Assembly (NCBI RefSeq): GCF_964204645.1
Contig: NC_134027.1
Coordinates: forward strand, 2,202,485-2,266,484
Direction: 5' to 3'
DNA from: Tubulanus polymorphus
Taxonomy: Eukaryota > Animalia > Nemertea
Length of the DNA stretch: 64,000 bases
Shown: piece by piece, positions 1-12,900 of the stretch
How the letters are laid out: each line of letters begins with the position of its first letter
Numbering within the stretch: position 1 is the stretch's first letter
Program-made: the position numbers and the translations under genes
The notes under the pieces: model-generated
Seen by the model: the letters and a program-made list of their open reading frames with translations, nothing else
The model's database searches: none
Told to the model about the DNA's origin: nothing

Positions 1-8
1 CATCTTAG

Positions 9-1692
9 TCCAAGCGATGTGCCTCCAATTGTTGAAAGCATGTTAGGACACAAGCTTGTTACTAAACAAACTGGAAAAGATGGTGTTTTAGTCAGAAAAG
101 TAAGTATGGATGTGGTATTTTTATGTGCATATACAGTGCGTGACTCAGATAAGTGAGTATGATGTATTATTGCAGGTTATGGTTGCCGAAGCCTTGGATA
201 TTTCTAGAGAAACATATTTTGCTATATTGATGGATAGACAACACGATGGTCCAGTCATGGTCGGTAGTCCCGAAGGTGGTGTTGACATAGAAGAAGTTGC
301 TGCAAAAAAACCTGAAGCAATTTTTAAGGTATCAAAACAACAGTACTGAAAAAATCCTACAATCGATGAATTCTCTTTATTATCGAGCATTATATTTTTG
401 CCAAAATCCTATCATCAGAGTGACAGAATTTCTTTGATTGTGGGACTTTTATCTATAAACTTCAGTCTACGATCACAATATGTTTTATGACGCGCGTGTA
501 TATTGCAACCTCCCATTGTTTGCTGTTTGTTATTTCAGGAGCCGATTGATATTTCTGTTGGAGTCACAGATGAAATTGCTCTCAGAATGTCTAAAAATCT
601 AGGATTTGTTGGCAAGAAAGAGAAGGATGTATGTAGTCATGTATAAGTTGTTTACTGGATTTTCTTTTGCGAAACATTTTTGAACTACTGTTGATGTTTT
701 TATCTACACACAGGCTGCTGAACAGATAAAGAGACTTTACAATCTATTCCTAGATGTCGATGCAACTCAAGTGGAAATCAATCCATTTGGGGAAACTCCT
801 GATTGTCAGGGTAAGAATTAGAAGAATTGTATTGACAGATCGATGATTATTTCAATTTCATGTCAATGTCGATCTAGCATCTTTTTCTAAATTCAGTTGT
901 ATGTTTCGATGCCAAAGTGAATTTTGACGACAATGCCGATTTCCGTCAGAAAAAAGTTTTCGAAATGAACGACACTTCAGAATCCGACCCACGAGAGGTG
1001 GATGCTGGTAAATGGGATCTAAACTATGTTAGTATGGACGGCAATATCGGATGTTTAGGTATGAAACATAACATGTAACTCTTTAATTGATTTCAACTAC
1101 TAAGTGTATTCACTAATTATCAGTACTATTTCTATGTGTATTTTTTACAGTAAATGGTGCCGGTTTAGCAATGGCTACCATGGATATTGTCAAGCTACAT
1201 GGAGGTGAACCAGCTAACTTCCTGGATGTCGGTGGAGGTGTCAATGAGGAACAAGTTTACCACGCTTTCAGAATCCTGACTCAAGATAAAAACGTAAATT
1301 TCACAAGTTATTGCGTAAACATGCATCGCACATCCCTCATCTTCCTCTTGTCCAATGAATACATCTTGCTGTGTTTCAGGTGAAAGCGATATTGGTGAAT
1401 ATATTTGGTGGCATTGTTAACTGTGCTACGATAGCCAGTGGTATAACAAATGCTTGTAAAACTATCAATTTACAAGTTCCATTGGTTGTCAGATTAGAAG
1501 GTAACTTTCGCGCTTAGAACATTAATTATGAGTTTAGAAGTGTACCAGGATATGTATCAACCACATTCATTTCTTATTTCAGGAACTAATGTCAATACTG
1601 CTAAGGAAATCTTAAAGAAAAGTAAATTGAACATTATTGCGGCTGATGATTTTGAGGAAGCAGCCAAGAAAGCCGTCGCAAGTCTTAAATAA
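9..1692 (+). CDS. SUCLG2: Succinate-CoA ligase [GDP-forming] beta subunit, mitochondrial; 3' part (5' exons lie upstream of the window)
   Basis: GT-AG exons ~9-99, 176-328, 539-628, 714-810, 897-1058, 1151-1293, 1380-1500 and 1583-1692 splice in frame. They give [68 protein letters not shown] and [21 protein letters not shown] is typical of the GDP-forming beta subunit, whereas SUCLA2 has FGGIMRC. Confidence 0.95.
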
Positions 1693-2459
1693 ACAGCATG
1701 ACCCCCGGTTTCTCATAATAAAGCTTTAATTCTTTAGACCCAAAACTGTAACAGTATTAGAAAGCTATGCTGCTGCCTGCATTATACCTATAAAACCGGT
1801 AGTTCAACAAATAGCAGAGCAACAATTCCTTTACATCGTATGACTTTATCATGTATTAAGCCAAATTTATCGTTAAAATCTGCTTTAATTACCGTATCTT
1901 TTATTATGATTGAGCATTTGTAGTCATTCCTCCTTGGCTTTGGTAGGTCAAGCTTTAATATAGATACTACTGATATTTGATGTAATACTGAGAGATGATG
2001 ACAGTTCATAAGTTTTCTTACGTCTTTCAATTCTTTTGATTTTCATCAACTTTACCAAGTGAACTCAAAAAATACGTGTCCTAAGTCAGGGATCGTCTAG
2101 TGTTAAATATTCCTGGACATTATATGTAATGTATCTCTTATAATGCATCAAATTTTATAGGAAACAAAAATAAATTATTTACTCGCAATTAAGAACAATC
2201 TTTGAATCATCTTGTTTTTAAGGACAGCATCACGTAAGAAGTCAATCCCGATTGCCCACATCGGTGATTTAGGATGTTGACAGTTTTGAGTGGATGACGG
2301 TTGAGGATATCTGGAATTTTTTACTTTCCAAGACAAAGCTGATTTTCTATTTTCAGAAATAATCTAAAAACACACATTTATTTCACAGTTCATATTTATT
2401 AACAAACTTTAATATTCCAAATACACACAATATTTACAAAATCAACCTTCTGATCAGTG

Positions 2460-3373
2460 TCATGATTTATTGTTCAAATGATTGCCTTTTTTCTTCAGTT
2501 TGCCGTTAAGAATATCTTGTCGTCTCTTTTTATTATTGTTGATCCTGGCTTCGTACATTTTCTCTGCCCTCTCAATATCTTCTAAACCGTTTAATATTTG
2601 TTTCTGAGAAAGAAAATAATCACAAATTCAAAATAGATTTGTTCGCAAATGACCAGTTGAAAACATGACTGATTTACCTACCCCGATATCTATATTACTC
2701 TCCATTCTTTTTCTTTGACCGCCTCCAATTGGTGTTGGACGACCATCTGAAAATATTGAACAGTTAATCGAATATTAATTGAGCATGAAAAATCAACTGT
2801 GACAGATTTCTACTATTTCTACTCACCTAAATAAGACCAATCGGGAAGATCGGTGAGAGGTCCGAACTGATTGTGGTTTGATGGAAGTCCATGACTGAAA
2901 TAATTAACAAAGTAAAATGAAATATTGGGTCATTAGCGACAGTCAGTGGACAAATTTTGTAGACATTGGGGCTCATTTGGAATAATAGCTGGTGTAAATA
3001 ATCAATGTTTAAACCAAAGTTTTTCTAGGATACTCGGCGTCCTGGTCAACGAGGCAGTACTTCGACTTCGTCTTGGTATTTTATAGTGTACCTTTCTCGC
3101 CATTTACCACCAGCCTGATACGAACTTGATGTTGAAAAATGCACCAATTGATTAAAAACAGACCAACTTCTGTTTAAGTTCAGCAGTGGACCTCTTTTGA
3201 AGATCAATGACCCTGAAAAGTAAATCACAAGTGGGTTGATCAATAAAGTTTAATTTAAATTCACTCGAAATTAACATCGATCACAGTTTTAAGTTATGTT
3301 AAAGTGATAAACCGATAAACGCACTTTATCTTAAACGAATAAAACAAATCTTACAAATTAAAGACGTAGACAT
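2460..3373 (-). CDS. MRPL52: Mitochondrial ribosomal protein mL52
   Basis: Minus-strand exons 3355-3373, 3092-3212, 2827-2894, 2682-2746 and 2460-2603 splice in frame: MSTSLIWSLIFKRGP...AGGKWRESHGLPSNHNQFGPLTDLPDWSYLDGRPTPIGGGQRKR...KLKKKGNHLNNKS*. This matches the mL52 signature GPLTxLPDWSYxDGRPxP. Confidence 0.92.
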
Positions 3374-4443
3374 TATATAAAAGGCCGCCGAGCAAAGATT
3401 AAAGAAACAAGATCGCATCAATTCAATAACAATTGAAAGTTATTGTCTCTTTGAATATATATCCCGGAATTGGACTTCGGACGAAGTACCGGACTATGAG
3501 CCAGGTCACAACACCACCCCGTTGGAGCGAAATCTCACAATCGCAACTTTTCGGCTAAAACCTGATTATGACTTATAGGTTTTAGCCGCCGGAAACGTTG
3601 CTCTAAATATAGTATCGGCGTCTTTAGTTAGTTACGTAATCGTTGGTGGTAAGCTTTTTATAATCGGGTGGGCTTGTGGTTTGAAAGATCCGCCTCGGAA
3701 AAGTCTAGTCGTTCCGATGCTTCGAACTGCAGCGGGATCGATGGCATCTGGCGATTTTCCAAACATAAACAAATACAGGTTCTCAGTGACAGAGTTATAC
3801 ACAGCCTCGATCCCCACTCGAGTGGCATTCATTATGAGTTTTCCGGTTTGCTCGGCTACCCGTACTGGCGGGGTAGTCTAGAGAGGCCAATGAAAACCCC
3901 GGTTTGCTGAACTACCCCTATTTGCGGGGATGCGGTATGATGTTTGATCTGACAGTTTCAAGTGGTTAATGGCTGTTTCAAGTGCTTACAACGATGCTTA
4001 TTACTTCGTGGTACATGGTGGTTTAAAAAAAGATTTCACAATAATACGCTCACCGCGTGGGCTTCGTAGAAAGACCACTGCCTGTGGCCTTCCCAAATTC
4101 TAATTGTCCTGTCCGATTTGGTTTCGTCCAATTGATAGACTGCCTTTTCCAGTTAGGGCATTTTTGGATCACATAACTCAGGAAATGACTTACGCTTTTG
4201 GGCCCATTCGTCGGTTCCACATGTTTCATTTGAGCTATAGACCACAATGGTGACACCATGATGGTCAGAAACTGACCAATTGAGATATCCCCGAGTCTGA
4301 CCACTTGACTTCGAATTTCGGAAATTTTTCAAGTCATGTTTGTTTTCAAACTACTGAAGAATCATTGCAAATTCATAAACTGACCATCACTGACCACCAC
4401 TGACAAATTCAAGCTCCTTGAATTTGAAAACTATATATATATA

Positions 4444-4611
4444 TGCTGTCTCTACGCTCATCGTTAGCGGGATTTTTATACACTAACGTTAGTCAACTCT
4501 GGCAAGCAAAGGTCACGGAGAATAACTGGACAGCACGTCAATTGCCAGAGTTGACTTTAGTTAGTGTATGAAAATCCCGCTAACGATGAGCATAGCGGCA
4601 GCACTGTACGG
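4444..4611. mobile_element. Palindromic MITE (Tc1/mariner-pogo-like ends), copy 1; left end replaced by (TA)n
   Basis: About 65-bp inverted arms: ctcatcgttagcgggattttt-atacactaac-..agtcaactctggcaa versus ttgccagagttgact..gttagtgtatgaaaatcccgctaacgatgag. The right end is ...cactg-ta. Confidence 0.7.
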
Positions 4612-4617
4612 TCTAGA

Positions 4618-5364
4618 CACCCCTGTACATCCTCTATTCAGCATCAGGACCACTCTGAATCAGTATCAGTAATTGATGGGTTTGAACCCAGGACATCCCT
4701 GTACATCCTCTATTCAGCATCAGGACCACTCTGAATCAGTATCAGTAATTACTGGGTTCGAACCTGGGACACCCCTGTACATCCTCCATTCAGCATCAGG
4801 ACCACTCTGAATCAGTATCAGCAATTACTGGGTTTGAACCTGGGACACCCCTGTACATTCTCTATTCAGCACCAGGACCACTCTGAATCAGTATCAGTAA
4901 TTACTGGGTTCGAACCCGGGACACCCCTGTACATCCTCCATTCAGCATCAGGACCACTCTGAATCAGTATCAGCAATTACTGGGTTTGAACGCGGGACAG
5001 CCCTGTTCATCCTTTATCCATCAGGACCGCTCTGAATCACAACAATTGATGGGTTTGAACCCGGGATACCCCTGTACATCCTCTATTCAGCATCAGAATC
5101 ACTCTGAATCAGTATCAGTAATTACTGGGTTCGAACCCGGGACACCCCGGTACATCCTCAGGTACCCCGGTACAAGCATCAGGGCCACTCGTTCAAACCC
5201 AGTAATTGCTGATACTGATTCAGAGTGGTCCTGATGCTGAATAGAGAATTACAGGGGTGTCCCAGGTTCAAACCCAGTAATTACTGATACTGATTCAGAG
5301 TGGTCCTGATGCTGAATATATAGAGGTTGTACAGGGGTGTCCTGAATCAGTTATCAGTAATTAC
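4618..5364. repeat. ~76-bp tandem repeat array with tRNA T-arm/B-box-like core, including an inverted block
   Basis: Unit cacccctgtacatcctctattcagcatcaggaccactctgaatcagtatcagtaattactgggttcgaacccggga starts at 4618, 4694, 4770, 4846 and 4922. About two units are reverse-complemented at ~5191-5341. Confidence 0.9.
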
Positions 5365-5388
5365 TTTTGTTAAGATATCAACATTTTA

Positions 5389-5564
5389 CCGTACGGTGCT
5401 GTCTCTAGGCTCATCGTTAGCGGGATTTTTATACACTAACGTTAGTCAACTCTGGCAAGCTAAGGTCACGGAGAATAACTGGACAGCACGTCGATTGCCA
5501 GAGTTGACTTTAGTTAGTGTATGGAAATCCCGCTAACGATGAGCATAGCGGCAGCACTGTACGG
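5389..5564. mobile_element. Palindromic MITE, copy 2
   Basis: Near-identical to 4444-4611, with complete ends ccgtacggtgctg ... cagcactgtacgg. Confidence 0.7.
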
Positions 5565-5569
5565 TCTAG

Positions 5570-5944
5570 ACACCCCTGTACATCCTCTATTCAGCATCAG
5601 GACCACTCTGAATCAGTATCAGTAATTGATGGGTTTGAACCCGGGACACCCCTGTACATCCTCTATTCAGCATCAGAATCACTCTGAATCAGTATCAGTA
5701 ACTACTGGGTTTGAACCCGGGAACCCCCGTACATCCTCTATTCAGCATCAGAACCACTCTGAATCAGTATCAGTAATTACTGGGTTTGAACCCGGGAACC
5801 CCCGTACATCCTCTATTCAGCATCAGAACCACTCTGAATCAGCAGCAGTAATTACTGGATTCGAACCCGGGACACCCCTGTGCATCCTCTATTCAGCATC
5901 AGGACCACTCTGAACCAGTATCAGTAATTACTGGGTTCGAACCT
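5570..5944. repeat. Second array of the same ~76-bp tandem repeat (~5 units)
   Basis: Same unit as 4618-5364, again starting directly after the MITE plus 'tctaga'. Confidence 0.9.
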
Positions 5945-6644
5945 TAGAGACGATCAGGAAGTCATTGGCTACATTTACCGAAAGCATGAAGAAAATAAAA
6001 ACAATGATTTTTACAAGAGAAACACAAATCTCATGTAATTAATCATGTAATGTTAACACCAAAAGAAGGATACTGGGTGCCACTTTTAAAGTTAACTATT
6101 CAGGACTCTGCTTCTGTATATAAAAATCAAACCGATCATCAGTGGAAATATCAAATTAGCGGGTGGTGAAATATATATGCCGTCACAAAATATTGCCGAA
6201 GGGCACTTAAATTTTAGACCGTACGAACAATGTATTGGGCAATACGGTCTGGATCCGCCCCTGATGGCTATAGTGACAATCAAAAATATTGCGTAATTAC
6301 TCTTCGGCAGCTCAACACTCGCTTCTAACCGGTCAACAAGTGTCAGTGTGAAGTTAAAGTTGTAAGCTGTATTGCCAATATTCGATTATCATGTTTTCCG
6401 GACATTCTCGTCTCCGCACAATGTTGGTGGGAATATTGGTTTGAAAAAACAGGTGGATTGCAAGATAACAAAAAAAACCACTGACTGGTGAACTAACAAA
6501 GTTCAGACAGAGTAGCTAAACAGATAAAGAATTTTAATCATATTGATTCTCATACAACAATTATACAAAATGCCAGGTTTGTGCTCGAGGAATTATAACG
6601 TAAGCTCCTCAAACACGTGGACTGTATTTCAAAAACAGTCCAAC

Positions 6645-6749
6645 CATGGATGTATAAACTATAAACTAGAGTTTATACATCCATGGTCCAACCATAGACT
6701 CTAAAACAGAAACGTCTATGGCCTACAACCATGGACTCTCGAGTCCATG
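6645..6749. mobile_element. Three adjacent mini-palindromes with CATRGA...TCYATG termini (P-superfamily-like micro-MITEs)
   Basis: 6645-6685 is flanked by a 7-bp direct repeat gtccaac (6638-6644 and 6686-6692). The others are 6693-6720 (catagac...gtctatg) and 6730-6749 (catggactc-tc-gagtccatg). Confidence 0.5.
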
Positions 6750-7159
6750 GCTCCCCGCACTAAAACCAGAGATAAACCTGGCCAAATACTCTGGAAAGCG
6801 TAGGATTAAGTAATCAATCTGATTTACATTTTTACATCATTTTATTTTCACATATCATATTATTAACTTTTAGCTTATTTTCTCAAATTTTAATAGTAAT
6901 TTTATTTCTTTTACTATGAATGAAATTGTAATAACTCTAAACCACAAAAGTAACATGTAAAGTATTTCGAAGTTCAGAATAAAAACATGAATACATTACA
7001 CCTACAAATTCACTCACACTCTGGAGAGCGTAAGGTTAACTGATTAATCTTACTTATTACAAGAAAACTAAAAACATTGCCAAATTTTTCTTGTCTTTAA
7101 GAGATTTCTTCAAACATTATCAACTAGCTTATTTCACAAATGTTACATTTGAAATAAAG

Positions 7160-7411
7160 CACGGGTCTGATCTAAGCACTAGTTCAATTGCCCGGGACAA
7201 GTATATTTTCATTAGGGCAAGTAGGTTATCATTATCGCTCATCCACCGGGCTTGTGTAATTCTATATCTCAAAGCTTTTATCCCACTCGATGCAAGGGAT
7301 GATTGTGTCACAATCGGACTGCTCATGTAGGGCACGTTGAGGGGGCAAGCGATATTACATATTATGCTTGCCCTGCGGTCGAATGGCATTTATTCCTTAG
7401 ATCAAACCCTG
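7160..7411. mobile_element. Short TIR element (hAT-like termini), no TSD recognised
   Basis: TIRs cacgggtctgatctaag and cttagatcaaaccctg, with internal gggcaag/cttgccc motifs. Confidence 0.5.
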
Positions 7412-9949
7412 CAAACTATTATAAAGGAAATTCTTCTTGAATGTCCAGACATTACAGGCCCCACACAGACGCGTTTAAACCGATAATCAAAACAAAGCTT
7501 GGACGATTGACCAATTAGCACTGCATCCACAAGTTATCCTCTATTTTCAACAGAGCCTTAATTAAATCAGTATTTTATGAACGACTGATAAGCACCAAAG
7601 TGAAATTGTTGCTATAAAACTTAACAACTGAAAAGGTTCAACACGAATGATGAAAATGTACATTGTTTTATTCACACAACAATAATATCTTAATCGAGGA
7701 ATCATCATGTAAGTTCCTAATTTACAAACACGTGAACTGTATTACAATAACAGTCTCTAACATAAAGCGTTAAAACTAGAGATGAAACATACTGATTCAC
7801 TCCAGAAATCTTGGAGTATCAATTTATCATTCTTAATTTATTTTTCGTAAACATTACTTTCACTTAAAAACTAGAATTTTGCCAACTTTGCCCCGACTTT
7901 CAAGCACCTTGGCATTAAATACTAACTATTCTGACGTTTTTTCTTCCAGTTTCGAAAACATCAACATAATTATATAATCGGTAACTAATCGATAACATCA
8001 ATAACTTAAGTTTATAGCTGTTTTAAATTCTTTCTAAAAAGTAAAATGTATGTACATGATTTTAGATAGTAAGTCTGCCCCTGTAAGTCTACCCCAGTAT
8101 AACAATAAACAGTCACAGCAGTGATTGAGCGCAGCTAGTTCTAAGGACGGGTCGATCTTTCATCACAGTTATTCAAAGCATTCTATCATATCAGTTATTT
8201 TTTTAAGTGTATTCGATTTAGTTAAGGTTTATAGTTATTGGTTTTGTTTATTACAGTAACTGAGTTGATAGAATGCTAAAAACAACAACAGGAAAGATCT
8301 TGGGTTTTCGCTATACTTAGGGAAGGTTGTTCGATAAATGAGAAAACCTTGTTGATAAATAAATATTTGAAAAAATGCCTTTTCATGTAAATAAAGTTTG
8401 TATTGTTTGTATTGTTGCTTATTATTTTATCTATTTTAAAAAAAAATATTATTCATTTATTTATGAACTTGCATTTTGTATTATTTACTATCTATTATTT
8501 ATAATTTTTTATTTATTGGTTTTTCTTATTTATTCATGTACTTGTATTTTGTATCATGTATTATTTATAGTCCTCCATTTACAACTGCAGGCATTTTTTC
8601 ACTGTAAAGTTCTGGGCCATTTTAGAAAAGCACTACTGATTCACTGCCGCTCCTAAATAATCATTATACACCCGATTTGAAGCTAAGTAATAATTAATGA
8701 GAGCCATCTCGTGATATGGATTTACCCATTACAATAAAAGAAGTTCAAACAGCTATAAACAATGTTAAAACGTTCAAAATTAGTCCTAGCTATAACTTTA
8801 GCTTTACCTCTCAAATGTAAATAATGGTCTCCTTTTAGATAAAGCTTTTGCTTTCAAATACGTAGCATCGAACAGATTGATGGAGGCTCAAAGTTACAAC
8901 TCCATGTGAAAATCGACATATATGATTCATTTCTCAAATTGGTTACACGGGCCTTCCAAAATATCAATGCCGTCAAATTAGTACATCTACAATTCTGCAA
9001 ATACTTATTATTTGTACATAGAACGTTATGTTCTATGTTTCCTAACTATGTGATATCTACAGGGCAAAGCCACTGTGTTGACTCTGTTTAACTATGGTAA
9101 GCACAATAAAACTTACAATATCATGTTGAAACTATATCTCAGTTTAGGCGTTAACTCAACAGACCTACGACTAAAAACTAGGCGCTTGACGGGACCATTT
9201 ACTCCTAGTGACTAACCAACTCGACTTATCTTTCAACCTAAGATCGAAGACCAATATTGTGAATTAATTGAGCTTAGCTTTTATTAGACTCTAAGAAGGA
9301 TATTTCTGTCACATTGCAAAACACATGACACATCTTTTTACAAACGCATTATAAAATAGTTTTCTCTATATTCAAATATTCAAACGTAGAGTTCCTTTCT
9401 CAGGCCAAAGGAACCTAATTATCTAACTAATTATCTAACTATTTTCAATATTCGACTCAACAACTATTTTCATACTCCACTCCACGCAATCAGGTAAATT
9501 TTTTAAACTATGTTACCTATCAGACTGGTCTGAAAAAGGGTGATATTAGTAAAAAAATCAATACTTTACTACAGAGGTCTTTGCCGCTACTGGATCTCAG
9601 TGTTCATGAGATAATCCATTGTCTTTGCTGCGCGAATCGGTGTTTATAAGATACACTATCATCTCTGCTGCTCCTGATAAAATGTTTTATAGAAATCAAC
9701 CACCGATTGTAGAAGATTCCATCGTTGAGTGATTAATCCGTCGCTGGCTCCTAAACTTCTCATCTGGGCTTCTGCAGTTTTCATCAGCAAATGGGTCAAT
9801 GGGTATTTGTCTACTTGTGACTTCTTCAGGCCATTATTTCCGGGATGTAGTTTGACTGAAACAAAGTGAAGAAAGCAAAACATTTTAGACAGATTTATCA
9901 TAACTTACATGTCATTTCAAATTACAAGCCACCGTGTTTTTCACTTAGT

Positions 9950-12900
9950 TAATATAGTTATTTCCAAAATCAGAATTAGGTTCATTGACGTCAATTGCCG
10001 ATTTAAACCCCAATAAATAATTGCAGTAGTAGGACTAGTTCATTAATGTTTAAGCTTGGAGTAATCATTTGAAAAATTTATTACTCCAAGGTGCAAGACT
10101 AGTAAAGATAAAAGTTCTAAGATCAGCCATGTGGACAGGTAAATAGATTTCGATGATAATCACTTATCAAATGATATTCATATGAGGCCTGAAATTTCTA
10201 TATACCGGTAATTTCCATCTAATGAGTTTGATTCTTTTGTGGGTTGTTCAAATCCGTAGATTTCAGATGAGTAGTTGATTTTAAGCTGGTCTCTTTATTA
10301 TAGTTGAAACTTAGCTGCAATGAGTAAATAAATATATCCTGTAATCACGACATTTAGAAATCATCGTAATAGCTCCATGTGTATCAAGTTACCTTTTATG
10401 ATTGCTGGTTTCATCATCGACGAGGATCTCCTGAGTCGGTTGGTTTCTGTGCACTGTTTTCTCTAATTGGCAGATTTTTGATGAGTTGTTGACCTCAAGC
10501 TCTTGTTTGACTTTTCGAGTTGGTGTCCCTTACAAACCTACCACACCTGGCGGGAGCGATACGGCGGTTTTTTCGAAATCGGAAATCGAAGTACAGATAT
10601 AGTTGCGTGATCGGCGGTCGTTTTTAGATCTTTTTTTTTTTAAGTCCAAGAACATAATTGGTTATTCGGTTCCGGTTCATTCAAACAATCTTTTATTCTG
10701 CCTAATTCTGATTTTGGAAATAACTATATTACAAGGGTGAAGATAATTTTACAATATTTGGTCTTTTTTAATGTAACTAGTCCGAAAGTTTACAATGTTT
10801 AATAATTTTGTCTAACCTCAATTTTTTTTTGGTCGTTTTCACCGTTTAAATAGTCGAAGCACATATTAAGTGACTGATTGGGGTTAACTTTTTTTCTGCC
10901 TAATTTAATACATCGAGATTTTGGAAATAACTATATTTTACAATATTTGGTCTTTTTTCATGTAACTAGTCTGAAAGTTTACAAGGTTGAATAATTTTAT
11001 CTATTTTTTTCTGCCTAATTTAATACATCGAGATTTAGGAAATAACTATATTTTACAATATTTGGTCTTTTTTTCATGTAACTAGTCCGAAAGTTTACAT
11101 GGTGGGAGAATTTTGTCTAACTTTAATTTTTTTGTCATTTTCACCGTTTAAATTTGTCTAATTTTTTAAAGTTTATTGTAGTTTTTCTCGAGTATGTCTG
11201 AAATTGAAGTACATAATTGGGAAATTCGATTCCGGTTCATTCAAACTATCTTCCAATCAGTCTGAAACGGCAAGCTGAAGAAAAGAGCAGAACCTTTTGA
11301 GCAGAAAATCCTTTGGAATATCACTGATCATAATTATCATGTCAATTCATATATAAGATCAGCAACGTGGATCGATACGTAGATTTTAATAATAGTCTTA
11401 AATGATATTTATGAGATTCAACTCATATAGTGATTCATCTATATTCTAAATATCTAAGCAATGGTTGATTATTATAGTTTAACAACAATTCAACTAAAGC
11501 ATCTATAGTCATCTCTAGGAATACCAGAGTTACAACAAATTTAGAAATGCATAATCAATCTTATCAAATCGTTTTTGAACTGTTTTCTCTTCTATCTTCT
11601 TGAAATTCTTGATGTGTCTTTTATTGAAACCCAGGCCCATCATACAGTGCAAACCTGCTAGTAATATTGGCCTATATATATTTCGATTGTCAGCTAAACC
11701 ATGTTCGTATTATCAAATTTACTTCATCGTCAGTTAATAAACTTAAGAGATGTTTTCTACCCACAGATGGCGACATCTGTACCCAGTGAATGGTATTCTA
11801 ATCCATTTCATTAATTCTAAATATTGCTCCTAATATATACAATGATTTTGTAATTATGATAATATAACTAACTGAAGAGTGAGTGCGCTGCCAGCATTGA
11901 GCACACTGATCCTATAAGTAACATGGTTCTACAGATTTAAGAAACCTCGAATCATTCCCACAACTCGACAAATCCAGAATTCTGCAAAGCCTTAAAGATT
12001 CAATAAATCCCACGCACAAGAGACAGAGTTAAAACATACCCAGTATTCTTTATATATCAACCAATATTGAATTATACTTATCAACCCCTATGGTTTAGAT
12101 TTGAGCACTTATACCTTATATGAAGATGCTGAATTAGATACCTAATCTATAAGTTAATTGATAATGCCCTAGCTATAATTGAAATTGTCTCTGACAATAT
12201 TTTATATGGGGCTTGAAATTTCTACACGAGAAGAATTTCAGATCCGGTACGAATTTGAATTAATCACTATTTGAACTGCTAATTTTGCATCAGAGCTTTT
12301 GATACCTAGCTTAACTAACCCAGAATCCCCCAGAACCTAACTGATTCAACAGATCCCACACACACATGTGGCCCAGTTAGACGCAGATGACATTGCGCGA
12401 TACAGTCGTCTCATCCACTGTGCAATTTTGAATAAGTTTCACTTATATTCATTACATTGAATTAATTTTAATTAAATTCTAGGTATCTAAGCGAACCATT
12501 AATTAGTAATCATACTAGCTATATTTTAATAGTCAGTTGAACAATATTTATATGGAGCTTGAAAATCTACATGAGTAGAATTTCAGATGTGGTGAATTCG
12601 TCACTATTTGAATTCATCAGAAATTAAAGATAAAAAAGCATATTTTTAGTGGTAAATTAGAAATTCCCTTAGCCGAATGGCTATTATATAGTTCACTGTG
12701 TATAAGGACCAAAAGACCTTGTTATGACCGGACCTCCCTGGTGCGGTGCGAGTCATGATGCTAGAAAATAGTTTGAAGGAGAGGGGTTAGTAAAAGAGAG
12801 CTATTAGCAAGAGGAATAAGACCTAAGTTTAGGATATCCTGTCACAATAAGGCTTTCAATCTGATATACACAGTGAAATTGAAATATTCCCCCTTCCAAA

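Noticed and set aside
3600-4025. 7SK, telomerase RNA or RNase P/MRP RNA (7SK tempting given the HEXIM-like gene)
   Set aside because: No CCCUAA template, no P4 partner for ggaaaagtct, and internal TTTT runs on + argue against a Pol III transcript. The GATC pairs alone are insufficient.
4618-5944. CRISPR-like array, tRNA gene cluster or hammerhead array
   Set aside because: The units are head-to-tail with no unique spacers and the genome is eukaryotic. Only a T-arm-like motif is present, with no cloverleaf, and the CUGAUGA/GAAA core is not intact.
9560-10560. Minus-strand exon-like segments (acceptor ~9855, donor ~10392)
   Set aside because: No start codon or recognisable domain, and stops in neighbouring sequence; possibly a lncRNA or decayed retroelement, but not supportable.
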